Shown here piece after piece: positions 1-12,672 of a stretch of DNA of 64,000 bases. The stretch is from Takakia lepidozioides. Lineage: Eukaryota > Plantae > Bryophyta. Both the position numbers and the translations under genes were made by a program. Each line of letters opens with the position of its first letter. The stretch's first letter is position 1. The stretch lies in NCBI GenBank assembly GCA_030704615.1, contig CM060733.1, positions 22,630,001 through 22,694,000 of the forward strand, written 5' to 3'. The notes beneath the pieces are model-generated. The model did not search any database and was not told the origin of the DNA. It worked only from the letters and a program-made list of their open reading frames with translations.

Positions 1-397
1 TTGATACCTTAACAGAGGTATAGTCTGAGGTTGCTAGGGTCCCTTATGTTGATGATACCTTTACAGAGGTATAGTCTGAAAATGAGGGTTCTGTTTGGTA
101 TACTAACAGAGGTATAGTCTGAGCTGATTAGGGTCCACATATGGTGATACCTCAACAGAGGTATAGTAAAAGGGACAAGCTCCTGTTTGGTATACTAACA
201 GAGGTATAGTCTGAGCTGATTATGGTTCACATATGGTGATACCTCAATAGATGTATAGTAAAATGGACAAGCTCCTGTTTGGTATACTAACAGAGGTATA
301 GTCTCACATTAGGGTTCACATATGGTGATACCTCAACAGAGGTATAGTCAAAGGGACAAGCTCCTGTTTGGTATACTAACAGAGGTATAGTCTGAGC
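1..397. repeat. Tandem array, ~92-bp higher-order unit built from two ~45-bp subunits sharing ACAGAGGTATAGT
   Basis: The core ACAGAGGTATAGT recurs near 12, 63, 106, 155, 198, 247 (variant), 290, 336 and 379, with alternating spacers. One subunit contains the hairpin ATACCTC-aaca-GAGGTAT. Confidence 0.9.
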
Positions 398-1693
398 ATA
401 CACTACTAGGGTTTGTAATGAAGAGCTAGAATGCAAGTCCTTGACTTCTATGCTTCTACTCAAGCAAAAATATGGTCTCTAGGTGGTCATAAGAGGCATC
501 TTCTTGCTCTCTTCCACCCCAATGTGCAACCAAGAGTGGTCCAACTCAACTTGCAAGTCATTGTCCACCAAATCAATCCCCCTTCTAGTCCTTGGGATTT
601 GATTGCAAACTACCATATCTCCATTGCCGAGCAATCATGCATTTGTCTCCTCATCACTTGACAATTGCTCCAAATCAACACAAATTATCTCAATGTGTAG
701 GAGCAATGCTTGTCACTTACAATAATGCTCCCAAGCAATCCGCCTTGGATCCCACTCTCATGCCATATGCCTCATTTGGGGTCTTGCACCAATCCATCAT
801 CCATGTGCTCCCCGTGGTCATTTGAATGCATGTTTCATGACCTCTTGGCCTATGTGTTGCTCTCCTTCATCATAACATGAATCAACACCTCTTCACTTCA
901 CACACAAATGGATCTCAAAGGCCTTCACCTCTTGCTAGTTCAAGAGCTCATCTTCTCAAACTTGAACTTACAAACTCAAGCGAGCATGCTCCACACATGC
1001 ACCACTTGCTTGGTCAACTATCCACCACAAAGCTCGCACTACCAAGAGCATGAATAGCCAAGTATTGCCTCCCCCTCTTGTCACATTACATAGTTAGGGT
1101 GAAGCTATGCATACATTGAATGATGATTTCCCTTCAAGGATTTCCCACCACATGTTCTCCAAGCCCTTCCAATGGCACCCTAAGCTTGGCTCCACACCAC
1201 CATGATTGGAAGATTTCTTCACATGCTCCATTTCAAAACCTCTTGAGCTTCTTAGGACTCTCCAAGTGCTTGCCCTTGTTGTCTTCAAGCCCAAGCATAT
1301 ATAGCTCCTTGGCTTCTCTTCCACAACATCCACACTTTGAACTTGCTTAACCCTAGCTTGATAGTGAAATGAGCACTAACAAGCCTTTAGTCACTCTCCA
1401 CAAGCCATGGCGCACACCATCGACTCCATAATGCATACAAAGGATTCTCAAACCCTAGAATCCATGCTTCCACACACACAAGACTTCCTCCTTACAATCC
1501 TTGCAAAATCTTGTGACTCAAGAGCTTTCTTCTCAAGCTCTCCAACTCCTTGGTGCATGCAATACTCGAGCACCTTTCCTTGTAACCCCTTGCAAGCTTT
1601 GTGATACAAGAGCTAAATTCTCCTAGCTCTCAACCTCTTTAAAATACAAGTGCAAAACTAATCCTTACACTCAGCACTCACAAGCATAAGGTG

Positions 1694-1705
1694 ATCTTCT
1701 TGTAG
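1694..1705 (-). promoter_or_regulatory. Putative self-priming PBS (CTACAAGAAGAT)
   Basis: It lies directly after the LTR end, does not start with TGG, and is the exact complement of LTR-internal 1934-1945. Confidence 0.7.
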
Positions 1706-2126
1706 TGATAAGAGATGAGAAATGAGAGAAGTAGAAGACAATGAAAGCTCTCAAAGCATGAAGCAATCACATGAAGAACAAGCCCTAGTCCTTCCAAGTG
1801 AAATCCACTCTATCACATAAACTAAGTCAAGCCAATGACACCTTTGCTAAAGGAATCCACCCTACAAAGCCCTCAACACACTCCCTCTCAATACCTAGAG
1901 CTATGGAGGTGAGAGAAGCTCATGGAGGCTCAACTACAAGAAGATGAGCCTCCTCAACACTCACAAGGGGAAAACCTATCTCCATGTCTCAAGTGAGGCT
2001 TGACACCTCACTTGGCATGTGAGACCAAATAAAGTCCCAACACATAAAATATAAATATAAATATCTAAAATGTCCTAGTTAACTAGAAGTAGGTAATTCT
2101 AGATAACCATGACTAAAACCATGACA
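1706..2126 (-). repeat. 5' LTR (~421 bp), TGTCATGG...CTTATCA
   Basis: TG...CA ends. It shares the TGTCATGGTTTT start with 42601 and has hairpins at 1924-1953 and 1990-2014. Confidence 0.75.
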
Positions 2127-2149
2127 TATTCTTAGGAACGATACCCAGG

Positions 2150-2300
2150 AAAAAAAAAAAAACAAAAAAAAAAAAACCAGAGCAGTGCAGAAGTGATTGT
2201 CAGTGCCGACAATCACTTCTGCTCTGTGTTTTTTTTTTTTTTTTGGTTTTTTTTCCAAAAACAAAAAACAGAGCGGTGCCGACAATCACTTCTGCTCTGT
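2150..2300. repeat. Small foldback/hairpin repeat
   Basis: GCAGAAGTGATTGTC-agtgcc-GACAATCACTTCTGC (2187-2222) is flanked by A-rich and T-rich arms. A partial copy lies at 2268-2299. Confidence 0.75.
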
Positions 2301-2574
2301 TTTATCTTATCTTATTTTATTATTATTATTATTATTTTTTCCCAAAACAAAATTGGGTTAGCCTCAATGGATCTTTATGAGGTTATTTTGTCCTCATTGT
2401 AATTGTTATTGTAAAACTTACAATTGTAATTGCAGAATGTTGTGGAATGTTGTTTTAGGCGTATTTCCCATTTCGGGTATTTTGATGGTATTCTTGATGG
2501 TATTTTGGTTTCATGTTCCCTAAGTTCATCCCACGGTCATAGGACCCTCAGGTATATGCGCTGTATGTTTCGGT

Positions 2575-3070
2575 TGACTCCCCTCACGTCCTTAATGTAC
2601 CCACATTTGGCAAACATGTCCACCAGGGCAGTGTTCAGAATGACATCTGGTACAATTCCAGCTTTGACAATGTCACCATGGACCTCTTTCCCCTTTTCTA
2701 GAGCTCCCAGGCTTGCACACGCATTGCATCCTGCCAACATTTTCCACGTGATCAAAGATCGTTGAGGCATTCTGTTGAACACTTGGTGAGCACCGATGAT
2801 GCTCCCGCACTTAACATACATGTTGACAAGGGTGTTGAGTAGAAAAATATTTGACGTGAATCCACTTTTGGATAAGGTGAGTATGCACGTGCTTTCCAGC
2901 TTCCAGACCCTCCATTGATGCACTTAAGCAAGAGACAAACATACATATCTGAATATGCTGAAATGCCTTGCGATGTGGTTAGGCTTCACCCCTTCCCCCA
3001 TCATTTGCTCATAGGTCTCCAAAGCCTCCATCTCGTGCCTCTGCTGTGCATACCCTGCAAGGCTCATGCC
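2575..3070 (-). pseudogene. Degenerate PLS-class pentatricopeptide repeat (PPR) fragment
   Basis: Motifs LNTLVNMYVKCGSIIGAHQVFNRMPQR, ACASLGALEKGKEVHGDIVKAGIVPDVILNTALVDMFAKCG and GYAQQRHEMEALETYEQMMGEGVKPN. It is frameshifted and internally deleted. Confidence 0.85.
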
Positions 3071-5525
3071 ACGTCACCAGTGTGTGAGCGTACGCTCACA
3101 CGCTTATGCGCGAGGCTCACGCGGTTGCGTCGTTGCAAGCCAGAGGCCGGCGGACGACGGGTGGTACGCTTCAGTTCTCCCCGGAAAGCCCCCGAATATC
3201 TCAACTTGCCAGCTGTATAATCCTTAGATCGATGCAAGAGTGCGAGGCAACGCGGACATGAACAGGGAGATTATATATTGATGAAGACGAAGTGGTCAAC
3301 ATGGTTGAGTCAACATTTCATTTTGGAGGGCCAACAAATGCCTCCATTGACTTTACTTCCCAAGTCCAATATACCGGTGGGGATAGGCTTCTTGCGATGT
3401 CAGACTTTTCTGAGATGACACCCAACCAAGTGGACTTCGTTCTTTCTGCAGACCTTATCACGGGAGGTCTCCCGTACTCCAGGGCTCGGCGGGCGGCACT
3501 GCAACCATGCTTGTCGTCATCTCCTGGTGGAACACCAGTCCCCACCGGCACAATTCCCCATAACCGATGACATCACATTTGCTGGAAACACACAAGATCT
3601 CGTTCGAAACCCTGACACTTTAACGCCGAAGGAATATTCACGGATGGTGTCGTTGATGGGTTGAGGGCAATTGTTGACGGCTATTGTACCCCTTCGACCG
3701 TTGGATTGTCTCCGGAGGATATTGCATCAGATGCTGTGGAGGTTTCTATTGTTAATTCCTCTTCATCAAGGGTGGGCACGGGAGGTCTCCCTTCCTCTTC
3801 TTTTGGGAATACCTCAGCGTCGGGGCAGTTGAACGTTAATGAGGATCGGGTTGAAGACTCTGGAGAGAATGATATCACCGTTGCTGCAGAGGCACTAGTA
3901 AGATATCCTCCGGAGGCTTTTGAGAGAACCCCAGTCAGAGAGAAGGGTTTGTACCTATTTCACCTTGCTCTCCTTACAATTGAATTTAGGCTGCTTTTGT
4001 TCCCTATCTTCGATCCTCATGTATTTGTTTCAAATCAATTGTAGGAGCGCGTGGCGCGGCGTCGAAGAATCTTGTGGAGGTGTGCTCTATCATTACACTT
4101 TCTCACTTTACATCGATTGACATCGTCTTGCTGCCTCTAACGAGACGTCGTTATGTTTCAACGGTGAAGAAGAGACGAGCAAAGCCCGAGGAAGTATCCG
4201 GAGAGAATCACTCGACAGACAAAGCAATGACACAGCAATGGAGAATTCCACCGAGGTGTGCGCTACCATTCCACTTAGTCATTCCAGTTTGTGTTTGCAC
4301 CTGGAAGTCAATTGTATATCATTTTTTATTTTATTCAGTTGAGACTTAACTAATCGTCCTTGTTTGTCAGCAGAGAGAAGGTGGAAGACGAAACCAAGCC
4401 CAAAGATTATTCGGGGATGTGTCCGCCGCCGAAATTGACAAAGAGATATTTGGACGAAAGACCTCCCATCCTTTCCTTCCCACTTACAACATTTGGACTT
4501 ATATTCCGAAGCATAGACTCGGTTTTGTTATCAACCAAAATGGATACCTTAACTACCGAGTAATCAAATATATGCTCATAATACTCGTTCTGCTTTATTT
4601 TTTCATCATTGTGAATGGAAGTGCCACCACAACAACAAGTAGCAGGAGGAGTGCTGGCATCAATCTCCTGCTTTCTAGTATGATGTCAAAATGCAACTCT
4701 ATGCATCAAGACTAGATTCCCGGTAACCAGATTGTTGACACCTGTGCCTAGTATTGTGGCAATTTCAGGCTGTCCCAGATACCTTTGCACAGGGCTGAAA
4801 CCCCATGACCAGCTAGGGGGATGGCTCAATCCTGTGTCTCGGCCAATCGTAGCTGACGTAATAGTTTTCTCTTCTTATTCTATATATAACAGACTATCCG
4901 GGATATTCTCACCAGAGAGGGACCCTCTTCAGGACGATCAAGAACATTGTTTGTTCACCAACTTTAAAAATCTTGAGGCGGGGCCTAAAGCCCTTGCCCT
5001 CCTGGGGTCTAATTTCTGGGCAGCTCACATACCGCAAGTTGATGCTTGTGTGAAGGGCTTTCTACAAAATATCTGGAAAACCTGAACTAATTGTCTTTGT
5101 CAAGCTAAGTCACACCACCAGAGTGAGCCCATCACAAAGGTAGTTTCTTCTCCATTTGGTTCCGCTCGAACTGGGCCCCGTGGGGTCTACGACCACAAGA
5201 CTACATCAACCAACGTCTTATGAGTACATGCTCTAAAACGGATTCCCTTCTTTTCTGGACAAGCTAAGTTTTTCTCTTCTGTGACTGTAGAATTATGCCC
5301 TTCCCTCTCACTCTGCTCCCACATTAAGCTCAATAAACAAGAGATATTGTCTAGCTTGGTTACCAGTATCTGCACAGATTGGCAAATTGGCTGATGCATC
5401 TGAAAGAAACAGGTGTGCAGTAGCTAGTTTTGGCCAGCCAGGAAAGCAAGCCTTCTTTTTCCACTAACAGTAGAAACGCAGACTTCTCAGCTCTGTCTAA
5501 CAAAATATGCTCCAAAGCAACAGAC

Positions 5526-7095
5526 CTTGTTGAGATGAGTGTCTTGAAAGCCCTCCAAATAGTCCAAGATCCCTGCCATGGACAAGCCCATCAATTTATC
5601 TTCTACAATGAGAGATGATACCATGTCCCCAAGTCTAGCGGGTTGAACAAACAGAGCTGCTCCTGGTGGAACCACCCCACATGAAAAGGGGCAGTTTTGA
5701 TGCTGGACAGGAGTGATTGCTTATCTTTAGAAAACACGAGACAAACCATTCATAAAGGATGAGATAGGTAGAAGTTCCCGAGTGTATTCAGTAGCAAGTA
5801 ACAGCAGGGTATCCAAGGCCGCCCCAACCTCATGTGCAATCCCTGACCCAGTATGGGTGATCAGAGAGCCTATGACCCGTTCATGCAAAAGATGGTCATT
5901 GTCATGAAAATCTGCAAAAATGATGCTTAGATCTCCAACTCTCACTAGCCTCCAGGGAATGTACAGAGAAGAGAGAGAAGACTCCGGCAGAAGCCGGCAT
6001 AAGCCACTTCACCTTCCAGAGGTGGGCCCTATACCAACAACATAATAATGCATCTTAGTTTCAGGAATGTGCATAAGAATGTTCTAAGTGTTTTAACTCC
6101 TCCCCAAGAGTATAGATTTTCCAAACTAAGAAAACTGCATCCAACCTTTGAACAAGGCTCATCATAATATGTCTGTGGGCAATGAACCTAAGAGAAACTA
6201 CTACATCCACATCAAAACAAGGAACTTACCTCCTGCCGATGAAAGCTACTGCCAAACTCCTTAAACATAAGCACATATGTATGAGTCCCAAAATGATGTG
6301 CGGCCACCTCATTGGACCTCAAGAGAGATTCACTCACTGTAACCAAAGTCTTGAAGTACTCCTGCTCGTAAGATGTGGGTGGCACAATATTAACACATCA
6401 TGACAGTGCAATTATCAGTAGGCACTAGGTTGTTATGAATGAATGAATGTAAGTTCTGAACTTCCATCAGAAAGCCATACAAGAAGTTGTGACAAAAATA
6501 ATTCAGAATCCTATTAATCCCACATCAGCAGCTACCAGGGCAGGATTGATGCATAGCAGCCAATATTGACAGTGAGGATTATGTTTACTTCTTCTTAATG
6601 GACAATTTAACGTGGTTTACAGATAGACACCTGGCAATTTGCTTGAGTCTGATCATAATGTACGTAGTGTGCATATCTTGAGAGAAATCAGACAGATCTG
6701 GAGACTGATAACCTGACCTCCTTGTATATATTTGCACGAAACCATATGACCGTACATTCGATTAAGCTCCGTTGGATCCTTTTGCTATGCAATGATGCAT
6801 ATTTCATCCACTTGTCCACTTAGGCCTAGTGCAAGAGAAAACATTACCATTTCCAAAGTGAAAAACATCTGTTTGTATTTACCTGATGGGACTCCCCATG
6901 GCCATGTAGACACTGTTGAAGAAGAATCATCTTGATTTCACCACCTACCACTTTCCTCTTGAACAACCTCTCAGAAACCTTGTGGTGCTGGGGCCCATTG
7001 GCATGAATGATGACCAATAGCCAGACATCAACTACCTTGTGGTTTGATTCCCCCTCCAGATTCCGAATCTCTTTCAGAATTGCTTCACAAATTAG
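5526..7095 (-). pseudogene. FANCD2: Four internal exons of a Fanconi anemia group D2 gene (fragment): 6883-7095, 6230-6361, 5747-5876, 5526-5572
   Basis: The spliced peptide ...KVVDVWLLVIIHANG...EYFKTLVTVSESLLRS...FKEFGSSFHRQE/VIGSLITHTGSG...ELLPISSFMNG/ILDYLEGF...LNK resembles plant FANCD2 as I recall it. Exon phases are compatible. The acceptor before exon 3 reads CGG instead of CAG, and no flanking exons are visible. Confidence 0.8.
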
Positions 7096-7319
7096 CTGCA
7101 AGAAGCGGTTCGCTAAAATATGACAACTCAACAGGACAAAGGTGCCAGAAATTCTAGATTAATCTCCTACTTTACTACACATCAATAATATAGCTGCTGA
7201 TAGTCACATCCAAAGCTAACCATCGAATCTTGACAGATGGGTCATGACCATTTTCGAGCGAGCGCGGCAGCAAATCTCTTGCGCCGGAAGACACGAGTGA
7301 CGGCCTCCTCTGGAGGTCA

Positions 7320-7800
7320 AAGAAAGTTAATCATTTTGAGTGTTGTTGGTTTATTGTGCTATAAACCCAAGCCTGTTGGATCACAGAGGTTCCTTGAACA
7401 TTTCCCTCGTGCCAAAATTCCCAACGATTGGGACAATGTCGTCTCTCGTTCGGGTCTTTTGGAATTTCTTGAACTTGCGTTCAACCATTACCATGTGGGT
7501 ATATAGTCCTGTGGAGTTCAACATATGGTTGAGGCTCTTCTTGCATATCTTCTCCTGAAGGATATGGTCAGGAAATTTTGCTTTATCTGGTGTCGGGATA
7601 CTTGCACCAAGCTTCCTGCCTACATTGCCTCAACACAGCCGTTCTACATTAAAGACATTGTTGGTCTTTGGGAACACTTCGGGAGAAGTTCTAAGCCCTA
7701 CGGCCTAAAAGGCCAAATGCTTTTGATTGATGATGAGCCCACCAAAGCCCCGAGGAACCCTTTGAACACTGGTTTTTACCCGAGATCCTTTGATGGCATT
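7320..7800 (+). pseudogene. FCP1/NIF (HAD-superfamily) phosphatase-like domain relic
   Basis: KLIILSVVGLL...RSGLLEFLELAFNHYHVGI*S...FIWCRDTC...KDIVGLW...LLIDDEPTKAPRNPLNT follows the FCP1-homology pattern. The catalytic DxDxT-type motif is lost and there is an in-frame stop at ~7504. Confidence 0.6.
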
Positions 7801-9269
7801 CTAACGCCGATCGTCAAGGAGGGACGAGATTCTTTTGTTGAGGATCAGGCTTTATGGTCATTCTTTTTGTTTTTTATTCATTTCATGTCAAGGCGATGGA
7901 CATCATGGCTGTGCTCTGTGCCCTCTGTGCACTCTTTGTTCTGTTTTGGAATTCATTACTCATGTCGATATGAGAGGTATCACCACGGGAGATCTCCCCT
8001 ACCTGACTATGTGCATGTTTTGGTTTTGTCATCACACCCGTCATACTCTTTTAGACTAGAGAGCGTGAGTAAGGATGGGAGACCTCCCATCCTCTTTGCC
8101 TTTCTATTTGTGCTTGTTCCTATCAGACCCCTCATTCTCTTATGGCTTTGGTGGGTTGTTGTAATTTGTGCATGTTTACCCCTCAATTTAATTTTACTAT
8201 TCCTGATGTGTATCGCTAATTGGGAGGGGAGATCTCCCGTCTATCCTGGTCTGCATGTGTTTGTGCGTGGAGCTATGACTTACATTAATGAAGAATAATC
8301 AGTTCATGGCCTTGCCTGTGACCAATCCGCTAGGTGGTTCTTATTTTATGGATGACGCTCTTGAGGAACCGGTCTGAGACTCGAGGACGATGATAGACAG
8401 AGAAAGACAGTCCTGTCGAAGGGCTGGTGCATTGGAGCCGAACTGTTCGAATGAATTGGCTTCTATAGAGACTATGTTCAGGATTGGTTTGAGTCGAAGA
8501 CTATGGTTTTGGGTCCTATGGGATGGTGATGATTGATTAGTGCCTATAGCTAGGGACCTCAATGGCTCTACAAATTTGGTTTGGTGATGCTCTAATAAAT
8601 TACTTTGGACATTTTGGGACGTCTCTCGACGTCTCTCGACGGGATGTCTTTCTATCTTACCATGTTCTAATCATAGATCGGGAGATCTCCCTTACCTCAG
8701 TGGAGATGTCAAACTTGGGACAGCAGTCATAATTCTCCTGTACTTATGGAGTGACAATGTTTGGCCTTTTTTTGTAGGCTAATATTAAAAAAATGCAGCA
8801 ACTCTGATTGATAGGAGGTCTCCCATGCTGCCCGTGAAACTGTAGAAAACTAGGATTTCAAGTCATATTAGGGATGTGATCAGGGTATGGATTCTCTGGG
8901 AACAGCAATATTTACTAAACATCTACTACAAAAAACTTAATAAAATCATTTAAATTTGTTTTCATATTAATTTGTATTCAATTTAAATAAATAAATAAAT
9001 GTTATTCCGGGACTTTGGAAAGTCTAGATTTACTTAAAATCCAGTTATGGGCTTTACTGGGAAAATGATTGGAGCCTCAACTGGAGATATATCAATAATG
9101 ATAGGATATATTGTTACTCAATAAGTTCTTGGAAAAAATAAATTGGTTTTTTGAATATATGATTGTATATACATATAAATTTCTAACTCTTTCACCAAAT
9201 TCCAATCTCTGAATTACATTACATTGTTGCTCATTTTGTTGTTCACTTAGTATATCGATTTCAATTCTT

Positions 9270-10170
9270 CATACATGGGCCTCGACAGAGGAGACACACT
9301 TGGATACATAGGGGATTGCACTTAGACTTAGATGACACTGGACACTTGGGCCAACGGCACGGACTACCCTAAATAAATTGGGCCTTGACATAGAGACGTA
9401 CTTGGATACATAGGAGATTGCACACTTAGATGGGCCTCTGAGACGCACATGGGAGACGCCCAAGTTGCATAGGAGACGCACTTGGATACATAGGAGATTG
9501 CACTTGGGCTTAGATGACATTGGCTTGGGTCAACGGCGCAGGCTACCGTAGCAAAATAAAATAAAATAAAATAGCAAAGTGGGCTTTCATGGAGCAATGA
9601 TTGGCGCTTCATGTAGAAATATCGAATTTCAAGTATTTTTTGTCATTGAAAATTCGTGAAAAACAACAAAGTGGGCTTTCCTGGGACAATGATTGGATAT
9701 ATCAATATATGAAGCCTCCACAGGAGATATATCAATTTATGAAGCCTCGATAGGAGACACACTTGGATACAAAGGAGATTGCACTTGGACTTAGATGACA
9801 TTGGACACTTGGGCCAATAACCGACCAACAAAATTTGGACCTATGGGCCAAAGAATTATAGAAATATGAACAATTTTGATCGCTGAAAATTCAACTAAAT
9901 TATAAAATTAAGTGTCGGAATGGCACTGCAGGTCGCACTTTGGGCCTCTACATAGGAGAAGAACTTGGATACATAGGAGATTGCACTTGGGCTTAGATGG
10001 GCCTTAATATAGGAGACACACTTGGATACATAGCACTTGGTCTTAGATTTCAATTCTTCACACATGGGCCAACGGCATAGACTACCCTAGAAGATCCTAC
10101 ATAGAAGATCTTACACTTGGGCTTAGATGACACTAGACACTTGGGCCAACAGCAGAGGCTACCCTAGTGT
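9270..10170. repeat. Degenerate repeat cluster, core GAGACACACTTGGATACATAGGAGATTGCACTTGGGCTTAGATG
   Basis: Copies lie near 9290, 9393, 9473, 9754, 9955, 10013 and 10110. Confidence 0.8.
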
Positions 10171-10559
10171 TACCTAAAATAGCACACCTGATTCCCACAA
10201 TAATGAATGCCTGAGATGCATTCTATTTATGAAAGAGATATTTGGGATTCATGGTTTGCCATGACATGGGAAATCATATCCGACAAAGATTCTAAGTTTA
10301 CTAGTTATTTTTGGTCTAACTAGATGTTGAGAACCTATGCTGGGAAGAGACAATTTTCTTGGGAACAATATTTGTACATAGTGGAATTTTCTTACAATAA
10401 GCATTTCCATCTAGTGCCATTAGGATGAATCCCTTTGAGGCTGCAGTGTACAGTGTATGGTCGTGATTGTATGGTTCTTGCTTCCTTGATTTCACCTCCA
10501 TCGAGAGTAGGATACAATAAACGCACTTTGTACTGGACTTGGTGAAACGTAGTATGCAA

Positions 10560-11040
10560 AGTGCACATGAACAAGCAAAGTTTTAATATGCTGATAAGCA
10601 TAGAAGCTTCCGGGGAAATTGCTATCGGTGATATGGTGTTCATGAAGGTTGCACCTAAAAGAAGCAATGTGAGGTTGGGGAAGTGTTATAAGCTATTTCT
10701 AAGATTTTGTGGTCCATTCCAGATTATGAAACGCCATTGATCATGGGTCTATGGCTTATGAATTGGGCTTCCCTTCTGTTTGAAAGATCCACAATGTTTT
10801 TCATGTTACCCTTCTAAAAAAATACATACAAGATCCAACCCACATTTTGCCTACATTGCCTATGATTGTATCATATGGACAAATGTTGGCAAAACCTAAA
10901 CGGGTTTTGGAAACCCGTATAAGTGTTTGCGATACAAATCTTATCGTGAACATCTGATCAAGTGGTTACACTATTCAGAAACATAAGCCACTTGGGAACA
11001 AGAAGAAGATTTAAAGTTGAATTTTCCTTCTTTCTCTATC
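10560..11040 (+). mobile_element. Decayed Ty3/gypsy integrase C-terminus plus chromodomain relic
   Basis: YADKHRSFREIAIGDMVFMKV...RFCGPFQI...IHNVFHVTLLKKYIQDP...HLIKW...ATWEQEEDL, read across frameshifts. Confidence 0.75.
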
Positions 11041-12672
11041 ACTGAGGTCAATGAATCCAACGAGGATGAGGCGGTCAACAGCGGCAAGTGAAGCTGCTCA
11101 GTGAGCAGCTACTGTCAGACCAAGGACTTGCAGGTGGTATAGGTAGCGCTGAGGTTGCAACGGCGACCGTATGACCGAATGACCGCATGATGTGGATCTG
11201 AAGATGAGAAGCTCGAATGGGTTTTTTGACTTGAGTATAGCAAGGGCTAGATCGCTTGACGAAGGCTGATAAGAGATTGTACAGACCGTTGCCAAAGATC
11301 TGATCGATACACAGAAGAAATATTGATGCATGGGTGTGGCGATTGGGTGGCCCAGGAAGATGGCGTGAGACTGTGCATCTGGTAGAGGTCAGTGAGTGAA
11401 GAGATAAGATTGTACAGAGGCTCTCTCTGTAACTAAACCTCGTGTGGGGAATTTTCGAATTGAAGCTTCATCGTCGGTGACAGGTGACAGATATGACAAT
11501 TGCTCACTCCTAGTTGCTTGTGACAGGGAGTCAATGAATAGAGTCTGGATATGTTCACTACATTCTTGTGTGAACAGAGGGGGAAAATGGTAGGGCCACT
11601 GGGGGGCCACTGTTGTTATGTCTGTGGTAAATCTCTTGGGGAAGGTGGTACGCGTCTCGTACGCGTTTGGAGGTGTGGTGTTAAGCGTATTTACCACCGA
11701 AACTCTAACACTAGGTGTGCACAGAAAAGATTATGTGGTGATTTTGTACATTAGCATGTAGATTACAATTGATTACTCTGGAATTTGCCAAGGGATGTAT
11801 ACTACATATATGTACCAGTGTTAATTGACATAAAATACATCTTTAGATGTTGGTGTTGTCAAGTTTGCGATACCTCCAATTTCCAATGATACGCTATTTC
11901 TGAATCTTCACCGTTTATTTGTAGGGACTCATAAAATGATCTGTGATTGCGAGAGTCTCGGTCTTTGGTTGCGCTGTCTGGAGGAGGTTTAAGATAGGTC
12001 TGGGAACATGATTTTGTCATCTGTCGGAACAAAGCTAACAGCAAGTATTCTCTAAAGGATCCTGGGACCAAGACACCGAACAAAAATTGCAGTACATAAG
12101 AGTTGCAGGGACGAGCAAGACTGGTCATGGAACTGCCTTGATTATAATATCAACAGATATTAATTCTGTTGTTTTACTCTTCGTCCAAGTGTAGCAAGTT
12201 ACCGATTTTATATCCAGAGACAGAGGGGTTACCGATTTGTACAACCAGTCAAGCACGTCTTCCTACCCGGTCAATGACGTTTTAAATCGGGAGGCTAAAA
12301 GAGGGTCACGGGTTAACGTGTGCATCAAGTGTGCTCTGATCCAATGGGATAGAGCCACGTCATCAAAATGCCGGCAGACATCATTTGTCATCATCGAAGT
12401 CTCTTGGGAACAGGCATAGCGTTACTAAAAGGCCTTGAAGATCAGAGCTTCCGATTCTCATCTTCTAGTCAGTGCATAGCTTCGGGTACTTCGGAAACGC
12501 CGCTCATCGCAGCTGAGCAGGTGACTACATACTTGACTGAGATTGACCTCGGCTTATTGCGAGATGTACTATACCAGTTCTAACTAACTAGTACTACACC
12601 CATTCTATCCGACATTATATTATATTTCGAAGTAAAGTCCATTGAGGGATGAGGCATCCTACTAACTGGAGT

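Larger units (their letters stand above)
1..2126 (-). mobile_element. 5' part (LTR plus 5' leader) of a Ty3/gypsy element related to the DNMT-carrying element; continues off the left edge
   Basis: The reverse complement of ~1300-2126 aligns with 42601-43300, and its LTR aligns with the LTR at 54113-54554. Confidence 0.75.
3462..8824. repeat. Dispersed 12-bp palindrome GGGAGATCTCCC and single/double-mismatch variants
   Basis: Copies start at 3462, 3780, 7987, 8077, 8227, 8680 and 8813. Confidence 0.7.

Noticed and set aside
1-397. CRISPR-like array (palindromic repeat with spacers)
   Set aside because: The spacers themselves repeat in alternation, the context is eukaryotic, and no cas genes are present.
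7525-8298. 257-aa ORF as an intact membrane protein
   Set aside because: The N-half is the tail of the broken FCP1-like domain, and the hydrophobic C-half is T-rich read-through containing the palindromic repeats.
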